DNA of 64,000 nt from positions 64,001 to 128,000 of the forward strand of contig OZ242372.1 in NCBI GenBank assembly GCA_965209035.1. The letters are read 5' to 3'. The position numbers were made by a program, and so were the translations under genes. Of this stretch, positions 17,877 through 27,607 are shown one piece after another. Under the pieces are notes generated by a model. The model was not told the DNA's origin. It worked only from the letters and a program-made list of their open reading frames with translations, and did not search any database. How positions within the stretch are numbered: position 1 is the stretch's first letter; each line of letters starts with the position of its first letter. The stretch is from Gammaproteobacteria bacterium (GTDB lineage Bacteria; Pseudomonadota; Gammaproteobacteria; CBDBNL01; JAAOII01).

Positions 17877-19652
17877 CTATACTTTCAATTGTTTTTGTTC
17901 CAATGCAAAGGTTCTGTTACGAATTACCTCCCGGTTATCCGGGCTTATCCGCAGTGCTTTGTTATAGTCGTCGATCGCCGCGTCATATTGCTTTAATGCA
18001 AGTTTGGCATTTCCCCGGTGGAAGTATACTGTGGCGTATTCCGGGTTAATTTGTATGACACGATCATAATCGGCAATGGCCTGTTCATACTGCCCTAATT
18101 TAAACTTACTAAATCCTCGATTAGGGTATGCGTCCGTATATTCCGGATTAATTTCAAGGGCACAATTATAATCATCGATCGCCGCGTCATATTGCTTCAA
18201 TGCAAGTTTGGCATTTCCTCGGTGGAAGTATGTTGTGGCGTGTTCCGGATTAATTTTTATGGCACGATCATAATCGGCAATTGCCGCGTCATACTGCCCT
18301 AATTCAAACTTGGTAAATCCTCGATTGGAATATGCACCCGCATATTCCGGATTAATTTCAAGGGCACAATCATAATCGGCAATCGCCGCGTCATACTGCT
18401 TTAATGTAAGTTTAACAGTTCCTCTATTGAAGAATTTCTCCGTATTATGGGGATCAATTTGAACCGCGCGGTCATAATCGGCAAGAGCCTTTTCGTATTG
18501 TTTCAACTGGGCCCGGGTAGTCCCTCGATGGAAGTATGCGTCTGCATATCCCGGATTAATTTCAAGGACACGATCATAATCGGCAAGAGATTGTTTGTAT
18601 TGTTTCAACTGGGCATAGGTACTTCCCCGATTATGGTATGCATCTGCATATCTCGGATTAATTTCAATGGCACGATCATAATCAGCAAGAGACTGGGCAT
18701 ACTTCTGTAATTTAACCTTGGCATTTCCCCGAGTGAAATATGCTTCGGCGTACTCCGGATTAATTTTTATGACACGATCATAATCGGCAATCGCCTGTTC
18801 ATACAGTCCTAATTCAAACTTGATATTTCCCTGATCAAAGTATCCATCCTCATATTTCGAATTAATTGCAATGGCTAGCTCATACTGATGTAATTTAAAC
18901 TTAGCATGTTCCCGGTTGAAGTATGCGTCCATATATCCCGGATTAATTTCAATGGCACGATCATAATCGGCAATCGCCTGTTCGTATTGTTTCAACTGGG
19001 CATGAGCATTTCCCCGATTAAAGCATGCGTCCATATATCCCGGATTAATTTCAATGGCACGATCATAATCGGCAATCGCCTGTTCGTATTGCTTCAACTG
19101 GGCATGAGCACTTCCCCGATTGTTATATGCTTCCGCGTATCCCGGATTAAGTTCAAGGGCACGATCATCATCGGCAATAGCCTGTTCATACCGTTCTAAT
19201 TCAAACTTGGCGTGTCCCCGATTGGAGTATGCTTCAGCCGATGCAGGATTAAGTTGAATGACGCGGTCATAATCGACAAGAGCCTGTTCATACTGATTTA
19301 ATGTAAGTTTGACAGTTCCTCTATTGAATAATATCTCCGAGCTGTGAGGATCAATTTGAACGGCGCGGTCATAATCGGCAAGAGCCTGTACATATCTTTG
19401 TAATTCAAACTTGGCATTTCCGCGATTGTTATATGCTTCAGCCAATTCAGGATCAAATTGAATGGCACAGTCATAGTCGGCAATAGCCTGTTCATATTGT
19501 TTCAACAGGGCATAAACAGTTCCCCGATTGCTGTATGCCTCGGTATATTTTGGATCCTGTTCAATGGCTAGGCTATACTCTTTTATCGCACCCGGATAGT
19601 CCTGCTGTTGCCCAAGGGCGTTGCCTCTTTCAAAATACTCTTTTGCGGTCAT
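17877..19652 (-). CDS. All-TPR protein (about 17 repeats)
   Basis: 34-aa repeats AY.NRG.A...L.QYEQAIADYDRAI.INP; near-identical 102-bp DNA units. Confidence 0.95.
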   Translation of the reverse strand: MTAKEYFERGNALGQQQDYPGAIKEYSLAIEQDPKYTEAYSNRGTVYALLKQYEQAIADYDCAIQFDPELAEAYNNRGNAKFELQRYVQALADYDRAVQIDPHSSEILFNRGTVKLTLNQYEQALVDYDRVIQLNPASAEAYSNRGHAKFELERYEQAIADDDRALELNPGYAEAYNNRGSAHAQLKQYEQAIADYDRAIEINPGYMDACFNRGNAHAQLKQYEQAIADYDRAIEINPGYMDAYFNREHAKFKLHQYELAIAINSKYEDGYFDQGNIKFELGLYEQAIADYDRVIKINPEYAEAYFTRGNAKVKLQKYAQSLADYDRAIEINPRYADAYHNRGSTYAQLKQYKQSLADYDRVLEINPGYADAYFHRGTTRAQLKQYEKALADYDRAVQIDPHNTEKFFNRGTVKLTLKQYDAAIADYDCALEINPEYAGAYSNRGFTKFELGQYDAAIADYDRAIKINPEHATTYFHRGNAKLALKQYDAAIDDYNCALEINPEYTDAYPNRGFSKFKLGQYEQAIADYDRVIQINPEYATVYFHRGNAKLALKQYDAAIDDYNKALRISPDNREVIRNRTFALEQKQLKV

Positions 19653-19797
19653 GATCGATCTTGTTGGTAAACTCTTGGTGGGTAGTGTTGTGGTGAATAA
19701 CGAACTCGGTTAGTCCCTCGCTATTTCTTGCTCCTTTATATTTATATCTCTTTCTTCGCCTTTCGTATTCACTGCATGTTTTATCAAATGTTTTTTG

Positions 19798-21192
19798 CTA
19801 ACCTTTCGATTGTTTTTGTTCCAATGCATAGGCTATGTTATTACGAATTACCCCCTGGAAATGCGGGTTTATCTGCAACACTTTGTTATAGTCTTCTATC
19901 GCCCCGTCATACTGTTTTAATGCAAGTTTGGCACTTCCCCGATTGTTGTATGCGCCCGCATATTCCGGATTAATTTGTATGGCGTGGTCATAATCAGCAA
20001 TAGCCTGCTCATACTTCTGTAATTTAAACTTGGTAGTTCCCCGATTGAAGTATGCTTTGGTGTATTCCGGATTAATTGCAATGGCACGATCATAATCGAC
20101 TATCGCCTGTTGATACTGTTCTAATTTAACCTCGGCATTTCCCCGATTGAGATATGCTTTGGCTAATTCAGGATTAAGTTCAATGGCGCGATCATAATCG
20201 GCAAGAGATTGTTGATACTGCCCTAGCTCAAACTTGGCAACTCCGCGATTGGTGTATGCTTCGGTGTCTTGAGGATTAAGTTCAATGGCGCGATCATAAT
20301 CGGCAAGAGCCTGTTGATACTTCTGTAATTTAAACTTGGTAACTCCCCGCTGGAAGTATACTTGGGCGTCTTCCGGATTAATTGCAATGGCACGATCATA
20401 ATCGGCAATCGCCTGTTGATACTGCCCTAATTTATTTTTGGCCCTTCCTCGATTGTTGTATGCACTCGCATATTCCGGATTAATTTGTATGGCACGGTCA
20501 TAATCAGCAATAGATTGTTCGTATTGTATCAATTGAGCATGGGCAGTTCCCCGATGGAAGTATACTTCGGCGTCTTCCGAATTAAGCTGAATAGCGTGGT
20601 TATAACTGGCAATAGCCTCTTCATACTGCTCTAATTCAAACTTAGCAAGTCCCCGATTACTGTATGCTCCCGTCAATTTAGGATTAAGTTGAATGGCGCG
20701 ATCATAATCGGCAATCGCCTGTTCATACCACCTTAATTTAAACTTGGCAAGTCCCCGCGTGAAGTATGCGTCCGTATATCCCGGATTAATTGCAATGACG
20801 CGATCATAATCGGCAATCGCCTGTTTATGCTGTCCTAATTTATCCTTGGTAAGTCCCCGAGCGAAGTATGCGGATGCCCGTCCCGGGTCAAGTGCAATGA
20901 CACGATCATAATCGGCAATCGCCTGTTTATGCTGCCCTAGTTTATCCTTGGTAAGTCCCCGAATGGAGTATGCTTCAGCCGAAGCAGGGTGAAGTTGAAT
21001 GACGCGGTCATAGTATGCAAGAGCCTGTTCGTATTGTTTTAACAGGATATGGGCAGTTCCCAGATTTAAGTATGCGACAACATCTTTTGGGTCCTGCTTA
21101 ATAGCAAGACTATATTCCTTTATCGCCCCGGTATAGTCCTGCTTCTGCATCAGGGCGTTGCCTTTATTCAAATATTCTTCTTTTGTGGTCAT
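19798..21192 (-). CDS. All-TPR protein (about 13 repeats), tandem paralog
   Basis: Same repeat consensus. Start placed at MTTKEEY by homology with MTAKEY of the paralog; C-terminal ALEQKQ is shared. Confidence 0.95.
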   Translation of the reverse strand: MTTKEEYLNKGNALMQKQDYTGAIKEYSLAIKQDPKDVVAYLNLGTAHILLKQYEQALAYYDRVIQLHPASAEAYSIRGLTKDKLGQHKQAIADYDRVIALDPGRASAYFARGLTKDKLGQHKQAIADYDRVIAINPGYTDAYFTRGLAKFKLRWYEQAIADYDRAIQLNPKLTGAYSNRGLAKFELEQYEEAIASYNHAIQLNSEDAEVYFHRGTAHAQLIQYEQSIADYDRAIQINPEYASAYNNRGRAKNKLGQYQQAIADYDRAIAINPEDAQVYFQRGVTKFKLQKYQQALADYDRAIELNPQDTEAYTNRGVAKFELGQYQQSLADYDRAIELNPELAKAYLNRGNAEVKLEQYQQAIVDYDRAIAINPEYTKAYFNRGTTKFKLQKYEQAIADYDHAIQINPEYAGAYNNRGSAKLALKQYDGAIEDYNKVLQINPHFQGVIRNNIAYALEQKQSKG

Positions 21193-21318
21193 GATTAATG
21201 TTCTTGGTAACAACTTGGTTGTGTTAGTGGTGAATAACACACTTGGTTAGTCCCTTGCTTTCCCCATTGTTTAAATTTTTGTCGAACATGTTTTATTATA
21301 CTTTTTAAGTTTTAGTAT

Positions 21319-23448
21319 TTAAGAAGTATCTTTATTCTGTCGGACAAAAGGACCATAACGCCGGATAACCTCGGCGATGAAACCCTTCATTTGTTCTGTC
21401 TGTTGCTTGCTTGCCCGGACTGGCTGTTGATTGCCGATGAGATCTGTTGCCAGTTTTTCCGCCTCTTCTTTGTTGCAGAGGGATGCGTATGCGGACAGGG
21501 CCGCGCCCATGGGTGTGCCGACTTCGCTGATGGAACATACCGGGCGGTTCCAGATTGCACTGACGCGCTCCAAAACGGCTCGGGATGCCGATGCGCCGCC
21601 GGTAACATATAAGATTTTTTCGGTCGGCGGCTGTGAGCCGGAACTGGCGGGGTTGGTTGTTGTTTCACCGCCCGCACTGTCACTCTCTCCTGTTGTAGAA
21701 ATAAAATGAGCGGACAACTTATCCTCACCGGCACTGCCCTCTCTTGTCGCTGAAACGGAATCAGTGAGTGCGTTCGGGGCATTTGGATGCCCTCCCACAC
21801 CAGTACTGCCACCCTTTCCTGTCGCTGAAACGGAATCAGTGAGTGCGTTCGGGGCATTTGGATGCCCTCCCACACCAGTACTGCCACCCTTTCCTGTCGC
21901 TGAAACGAAATCAACGGGTACGTTTGGATGCCCGTCCCCGCCCGCGCTGCCGGACCAAATAGCGAGAATTGCGAGTACTGTGTCTATGATGGCGGGATAG
22001 TCTTTACGGACATCTCCTGTTTGGCCGATCGGGTCAATGATCGGGGATACGGGGAAGGATTCTTTGAGGGGCTGCCATATTAAAAACTGCTTGCCGAATT
22101 GGGCGAATTGGGTATTGGTCAGAATCTTTTCCGCCTCTGCGTAGGTGAGGTTGCCGCGCAGTTTGTCCCAGACGAGTGCGCCGTTGGTGCGCGGGAAGAA
22201 GTAAAAGGGTCTGTCCAGTCCATCGTACATGCCGTTCGCTCCGGTTGCCGCAGAGTGTGGCGGTCTTTCCGCAGTGGTCTCGCTCGCATCCGCCTCCCCC
22301 CCTGCCTCTGTTTTGGCGAATACTTCGGGTGATGATTCGGATGCTTCTTTTGCGCTCACACTCCCACTCCCACTTCCACTCGCCCCCTGCTCCATCGCAC
22401 TCCTCGCATCCTGCCCCGCATTCACTCGCACCCGGGCGGGAACAGATGCCGATACCTCCTCGCCGCCATGCCGGTGCCCGTCACTGTCCCCGTCCCGGAA
22501 ACTGCCGGTCTCTTGCATATAGACAAAACTGGTCCCCAATGAAAGCAGGTCGCCTTTTATCAGAGATTTCGTATGCGGGTTGTCGCCGCCACCGCTTGCG
22601 ACCAGGCAATTCGGTGAAAAGCCGTGCCGTCTTATCCAGTATTCGGAAAGGCACTGAGGCGCCAGGTAGGCGGATGCCAAAGGCGGTAACTTGTCCCTTA
22701 GCGCGTCCTTGCCACCGGGCAATCCTGCGGCAACCGCGTCCAGCAGTGTGTCCGACCATTCTCGCCGGCGGTAGTCCATCAACAGCATCCCGCTGGCATT
22801 GCCGAAATCAATCGGATGACGTGGACTGGCGGTCAGTAATGCGGTAAGGAAACTACTGATGAGATGGATGCAAGCGGTTCGGCGATAGGCGTCCGGTTGC
22901 TCTTGTCCGATGCGGCGGATAATGACGCCGGTGAAACGCAACGGGACATCGGCGCCGGCAATCTGTTCCGCCCGGGCGGAACCGCCCAAGGCGGCGCGGA
23001 TTTCGTCCGCGGGGCGTTTGGTGTTGGCGGTCATCCAGATGGGGCTGTGCGGATAAGAGAAGCAATCCCGCAAAAGAGCCACGGGCGGTCTGTCGGCTTT
23101 TGCCAAATCACTCACGGAAAATATGGGCGACCGCTCAAAGGATGCGTTCATATAGACATGGCTGTGTTGTTGTGCCGATACGCTGATTGATTCTATGCGT
23201 GAGATGCAGCCGCTTTCTTTTAGAGCAAAAAAGAGTTTGTCAAGACATTCAACAAACATCAGAGGCGGCTGTTCAAATGCACCCGGTGGCAGACCGTCCA
23301 GGGAAAAGGTTCGGGGATTTAGACCGAAGTCCGCCGCAAGTTCCCGGTAGGGGATGCTGTGCTTCCAAATGGTTTGTCGGTCATCGCTGTTTAGGAGAAT
23401 ACCGCTGCAACTTTGGGTGCTCATATCCACCCCGAGGCAAATGCTCAT
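21319..23448 (-). CDS. xylB: Xylulokinase (FGGY family, eukaryote-like subtype) with two long low-complexity insertions
   Basis: LGVDMSTQS, SAQQH, SPIWM, RFTG..IR, IHLISSF, GDNP, SLGTS and VTGGAS; lies in the operon with xylA. Confidence 0.85.
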   Translation of the reverse strand: MSICLGVDMSTQSCSGILLNSDDRQTIWKHSIPYRELAADFGLNPRTFSLDGLPPGAFEQPPLMFVECLDKLFFALKESGCISRIESISVSAQQHSHVYMNASFERSPIFSVSDLAKADRPPVALLRDCFSYPHSPIWMTANTKRPADEIRAALGGSARAEQIAGADVPLRFTGVIIRRIGQEQPDAYRRTACIHLISSFLTALLTASPRHPIDFGNASGMLLMDYRRREWSDTLLDAVAAGLPGGKDALRDKLPPLASAYLAPQCLSEYWIRRHGFSPNCLVASGGGDNPHTKSLIKGDLLSLGTSFVYMQETGSFRDGDSDGHRHGGEEVSASVPARVRVNAGQDARSAMEQGASGSGSGSVSAKEASESSPEVFAKTEAGGEADASETTAERPPHSAATGANGMYDGLDRPFYFFPRTNGALVWDKLRGNLTYAEAEKILTNTQFAQFGKQFLIWQPLKESFPVSPIIDPIGQTGDVRKDYPAIIDTVLAILAIWSGSAGGDGHPNVPVDFVSATGKGGSTGVGGHPNAPNALTDSVSATGKGGSTGVGGHPNAPNALTDSVSATREGSAGEDKLSAHFISTTGESDSAGGETTTNPASSGSQPPTEKILYVTGGASASRAVLERVSAIWNRPVCSISEVGTPMGAALSAYASLCNKEEAEKLATDLIGNQQPVRASKQQTEQMKGFIAEVIRRYGPFVRQNKDTS
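21745..21932. repeat. 75-bp tandem repeat, about 2.5 copies, inside xylB
   Basis: tgtcgctgaaacg at 21745, 21820 and 21895; encodes SVSATGKGGSTGVGGHPNAPNALTD. Confidence 0.95.
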
Positions 23449-23579
23449 CGGCGGCGGGTAGGTATAAGCAACAATAGAAATAGAAACATCTTGCGGAGTC
23501 GTTCAAGAGGCAAAGGCATTAAAGGAAAGGCAACCATTCATTCATTCATCCGGCCCCCTTCACCTCTCACCCCTTCATT

Positions 23580-23680
23580 CCTTTTTATCTTTGGCACACG
23601 CAAGTCCCGCCGCTTTTTCTTTTGGAGCGAAAACAAAAAAAGCGAACGGGAACAAAGAGAACGAGTGCGGAATAAAGAGG
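23580..23680. other. Long imperfect intergenic hairpin
   Basis: Nested arms cctttttat/ataaagagg, gcacacg/cgagtgc, cccg/cggg and cgcttttt/aaaaagcg. Confidence 0.55.
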
Positions 23681-23700
23681 CGCGCGTGTTCCCCGTGATG

Positions 23701-24723
23701 TTAAGACAACAGAGAAGATATCTTTTCTATTTGCGCCGAACTCAGTTTTTCAAACCGCATGGTGCCGGCATTTTCTTTTGCTTGAGCGACTGTCCGAATC
23801 CCGGGGATTGGAATGGTATTGGGCGAGCGAGACCACAACCAGCAGAGCGCACCCTGGGCGAGACTGCGTCCGTCTTCGGTTAGAACGGAGCGAATTGCCC
23901 GCACCTTTTCATACCACTCCGGCGACGGCTTGCCTCCCTTGAAATACTTCATCCAGTCCGGGCTTGCCCGGCCGCGAACATCGTCTGCGGACAGCTGCGA
24001 ATCCGCGGCATACTTGCCGCTGAGCAGCCCCATTGCCAAGGGACCTCGGTTAATGAGAGCCAGATTTTCCGCCTCGCAAAGGCGCACCATTTCGGCATTG
24101 TCATCCAGAACATTTATTTGTGCCTGAATGGCCGCGCAGTTTTGCCCCTTGGCAAAGACCGCGGCACGCTCCGGGAAGTCGGTGCTCCAGCCGTAGGCGC
24201 GAATGCGTCCCAGACGCACCAGATCTTCCAAAGTATCTCGCACGGACTCCGCCTTTTGCGGCGAATATTCGTTCAGGTGAAACTGATACAGATCTATGTA
24301 GTCGGTATTCAGGCGTTTCAGCGAGGCTTCGCAGGCACTGCGAATGTAATCGGGCGAGGCGTCCATCCCGTCCACGATTCTCTTGCCGGTATCCCCCGTG
24401 TCTGTTTGGGTTTTGGCTTTGAAAGTAAAGCCGAACTTGGTGGCGATGACCACCTTGTCGCGCTTGTTGGCAAAAACCTTGCCGACGAGTGTCTCGCTGT
24501 GTCCGGTGCCATAGATGTCCGCCGTATCGTAAAAGGTGATGCCCTGCTCGTAGGCGGTTTCCAACGCACGGCAGGATTCGGCATCATCGGAAGCACCCCA
24601 GCCAACCGGCGTGCCGTCTGCCTGATAAAAAGGACCGCCGATCGCCCAGCAGCCCATACCCAGCGGGCTAACTTTGATGCCGCTGCGTCCGAGAGTTCTC
24701 TTTTTTTGAATTATTTCTGTCAT
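23701..24723 (-). CDS. Aldo/keto reductase
   Basis: LGMGCWAIGG, DTADIYG.G.SE, IATKFG, SLKRLNTDYIDLYQFH and IPIPG. Confidence 0.95.
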   Translation of the reverse strand: MTEIIQKKRTLGRSGIKVSPLGMGCWAIGGPFYQADGTPVGWGASDDAESCRALETAYEQGITFYDTADIYGTGHSETLVGKVFANKRDKVVIATKFGFTFKAKTQTDTGDTGKRIVDGMDASPDYIRSACEASLKRLNTDYIDLYQFHLNEYSPQKAESVRDTLEDLVRLGRIRAYGWSTDFPERAAVFAKGQNCAAIQAQINVLDDNAEMVRLCEAENLALINRGPLAMGLLSGKYAADSQLSADDVRGRASPDWMKYFKGGKPSPEWYEKVRAIRSVLTEDGRSLAQGALCWLWSRSPNTIPIPGIRTVAQAKENAGTMRFEKLSSAQIEKISSLLS

Positions 24724-24920
24724 TGTTTTGATGTGATTGTTATGATTATGAATATAAGTAAGATAAAAATCTGTTGCTCCCGTTATGTTAGCGGGCTAAC
24801 TTTGATGCCGTTGCGTCCGAGAGTTCTTTTTTCTTGAATTGTTTTTGTCATTGTTTTGATGTGATTGTTATGATTATGAATATAAGTAAAATAAAAATCT
24901 GTTGTTCCCGTTATGTTAGC
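24662..24920. repeat. 128-bp tandem duplication of the AKR 5' end and leader
   Basis: agcgggctaactttgatgccg begins at 24662 and at 24790; the copies differ by a few substitutions. Confidence 0.95.
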
Positions 24921-24958
24921 AGAGTTAGAGGATTAGCGAGGTTAGAGGGCTAGCCGGG

Positions 24959-26755
24959 TTAAGGGGTTAACGAAAAGTCACCTTCCTCGTACAGAAAATA
25001 GTCAAAATCCGCAGGCATGCGGCGACCGGACATATCGTGGCATGCCATGCCGACAAAGGTACCGGTGAATCCCATCGGATAAGCATGTTCGTCGGACAGG
25101 ATATCGGCCGGCAAGACGGGGCCGACCGGCTTCCAATCCGTCCCGGTTTTCCCGGAACTTTCGGCATCCTCGCTATCAGCCGCGGGAGCGTGCACCGAAT
25201 AGTAAAACTGCAATTTTTCGCGCCGGGTGACGACTCGTAATCGCACCGCGCCGCTTTGCGGCAAGGGGATCTCACCCTCACCGCCCGCGCAACTTAAGGG
25301 CATCCGGAATCTGCCGCCGTCAAAGATAATGATGCCGAGGACTCTGCCCAATTTTTCATCGTAACTGATGCGCAGATAGTACTGATTTTCTTCGTCATAA
25401 CGAACAATCAGTCCCGCCATCTGCTGAAAGTATGTCGGTGTGCAATTTAGACTTGTCTCCGCCATATAACAAAAGTCCTGTTGGCGGCGCGCGATGACAC
25501 TCTGACGAAACTGCGAGGAAAACCCCTCCTGCCCGTAAAGCCGCAGAAAGCCGGGATGCTCTTTGAGCGAACACCATTCTTCGCCGACCGGGATGCGCAG
25601 AGATTGAAAGTCGGTGTGTAACTCCGGTTCGTCAAAATCTGTGCGATGCCGGGTTTGTCGCATGTCTTTGGTATCGCCGGCAATCTCGAACCTTTCCAAT
25701 GGGGCGTTATGACTTCCTCCGTCCCCGCCACCTATGCCATCTCCGCCCCCTCCGTCATCTCCGCGAATGTAAAGCCAGTCATCGTCCTTCCATTCCAGCG
25801 GCTGAACGGCTGTTTCTCGTCCCAAGGGACATGGACATGCCATCTTCCCGGTCCCTTTCTCAGCCCCTTTCTCAGACATATTCCCGGTTAAGGGACGGCC
25901 GCACAGATGAAACAGAAGCCAATCGCCGCCTTCGGTTTGGCAAATACTGCCATGCCCGGCTTTCTGCAGGAGGAGATCCGGCCTGCCGGCGGCAGTGAGC
26001 AAGGGATTTTGCGGGCGGACCTCATAGGGTCCAAACAGCCTGTCGGACCTGGCAAGAGTGACGGCATGCGCATAACTCGTCCCGCCTTCGGCCGTCAACA
26101 GGTAGTATTTGCCTCTCCAATGATACAAGTGCGGACCTTCGGTAAACCCCAACTCGGTTCCGGTAAAGATCTTGTGAACATCTCCGGTTAATTGCCGTTT
26201 TTGCGGGTCGTATTCTTGCAGTAAGATGCCACCGAAATAGCGGGCAAACTGCGAAGGGTCGGCGGTCTGCTCGTTGCCGGGGTCTTCCGGGATGGCGCGG
26301 TAATCCCATTCCATGTTCACCAGCCATTTGCGTCCGTCCGGGGCGTGAAACAGCGACGGGTCAAAACCGCTGCTGTTTAGATAAGCCGGCTCACTCCAGG
26401 GACCGCGGATGTTTGCCGCGGTAACCAGATAATTGTGATTATCGTGTGCCGGGCAGTTGTTCCTGCCCTTCCATGTTTTGACATCCGTGTAAATCAGATA
26501 AAAAATCCCGTCCGCATAGGAAAGTGCCGGCGCCCAAATACCGCCGGACGCAGGATTGCCGGCGAGGTTTAACTGACTTAAGCGCGTCAGCGGATAAGGA
26601 AGTGTTTCCCAGTTAACAAGATCGCGCGTTCGGTGCAGGCGAATACCCGGGAACCATTCAAAAGTGGAAGTTGCAACATACAGGTCCTTGCCGACACAAC
26701 AAACGGAAGGATCCGGATGGAATCCGCGCAATACCGGATTGATGACTGTCGTCAA
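24959..26755 (-). CDS. xynB: GH43 beta-xylosidase
   Basis: NPVLRGFHPDPS, STFEWFPG, GIWAP, FDPSLF, EGPH, AEGGT and GFTG.FVG. Confidence 0.92.
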   Translation of the reverse strand: MTTVINPVLRGFHPDPSVCCVGKDLYVATSTFEWFPGIRLHRTRDLVNWETLPYPLTRLSQLNLAGNPASGGIWAPALSYADGIFYLIYTDVKTWKGRNNCPAHDNHNYLVTAANIRGPWSEPAYLNSSGFDPSLFHAPDGRKWLVNMEWDYRAIPEDPGNEQTADPSQFARYFGGILLQEYDPQKRQLTGDVHKIFTGTELGFTEGPHLYHWRGKYYLLTAEGGTSYAHAVTLARSDRLFGPYEVRPQNPLLTAAGRPDLLLQKAGHGSICQTEGGDWLLFHLCGRPLTGNMSEKGAEKGTGKMACPCPLGRETAVQPLEWKDDDWLYIRGDDGGGGDGIGGGDGGSHNAPLERFEIAGDTKDMRQTRHRTDFDEPELHTDFQSLRIPVGEEWCSLKEHPGFLRLYGQEGFSSQFRQSVIARRQQDFCYMAETSLNCTPTYFQQMAGLIVRYDEENQYYLRISYDEKLGRVLGIIIFDGGRFRMPLSCAGGEGEIPLPQSGAVRLRVVTRREKLQFYYSVHAPAADSEDAESSGKTGTDWKPVGPVLPADILSDEHAYPMGFTGTFVGMACHDMSGRRMPADFDYFLYEEGDFSLTP

Positions 26756-27595
26756 CTATTTGACCGAACCAGCCGACAAGCCCGCGATGATGTATCGAGA
26801 AAGAACGATGAAAGCAATTAAAATTGGGATCACGCTGAATGCGATGGCAAGATAAATGACACCGTAGTCCAGCGCAAATGCGGTGCCTCTCAATTCGGCG
26901 ATGATCAACGGCAGAGTGTACTTGTCTTTGGAAAAGATGATAATCAGGGGCGAAAGAAAGTTGTTCCAAGAAGCCACGAAATTGAATATGGACAAGGTGG
27001 CAACCGCCGGCAACATTAAAGGCAAAAAGATGTAATGAAAAATCTGTAATTCGCCGGCACCATCCAAACGGCTCTGCGCCAGCAGATCGCGCGAGACTGC
27101 CACCTCGGCATATTGTTTGATAAAAAAGATCATCGCGCCGTTTGCAATTGCCGGCAGAATTAATGGCCAGAAGGTATCCAACAGACCCAACTTGACATTG
27201 AGGTCAAAAAAACCGATGATGCCCAAATGCGCCGGAATGAGCAGCGTAAAAATAACGATGGCAAAAACAAGATTGCGACCGGGAAACTTGTCAAATGCCC
27301 AGAAACCGTAAACAGCCAGGGGGGCGAAATAGGCGGACAAGAGGACGGATGCGGAGGTGATGATCAGGCTGTTCTTCAAACCCGACCAGACCGCTGTTTT
27401 GGCAACCAAGCGGGTGTAGTTGTCCGCCAAGGCATCGCCGGGAAAGATGGAAAGGCCCTGCCCGATTGCCACAGTATCCCGGGTGGCGTTCACCAACATC
27501 ACATAAAAAGGAAATAGACTGACCAACGCCAGAAAAATTAGAAAGGCGTAAAGGAAAACGCGATTAGTAATGTGGAAAAAGCCGTAGGGTGTCAT
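26756..27595 (-). CDS. Carbohydrate ABC transporter permease (MalG-like)
   Basis: Six TM segments, degenerate EAA loop (SRLDGA) and WNNFL.PL. Confidence 0.92.
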   Translation of the reverse strand: MTPYGFFHITNRVFLYAFLIFLALVSLFPFYVMLVNATRDTVAIGQGLSIFPGDALADNYTRLVAKTAVWSGLKNSLIITSASVLLSAYFAPLAVYGFWAFDKFPGRNLVFAIVIFTLLIPAHLGIIGFFDLNVKLGLLDTFWPLILPAIANGAMIFFIKQYAEVAVSRDLLAQSRLDGAGELQIFHYIFLPLMLPAVATLSIFNFVASWNNFLSPLIIIFSKDKYTLPLIIAELRGTAFALDYGVIYLAIAFSVIPILIAFIVLSRYIIAGLSAGSVK

Positions 27596-27607
27596 TTTTG
27601 CCGATGT

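Noticed and set aside
17603-18049. Plus-strand ORFs similar to each other (17603-18049 and 19728-19973)
   Set aside because: The similarity is the antisense shadow of the paralogous TPR gene ends.
17877-21192. Possible CRISPR or DGR template/variable repeats
   Set aside because: The 102-bp period is explained by TPRs, differences are not adenine-restricted, and there is no reverse transcriptase in the window.
21625-22505. Inteins in xylB
   Set aside because: No C/S...HN splice motifs or homing endonuclease; the inserts are low-complexity.
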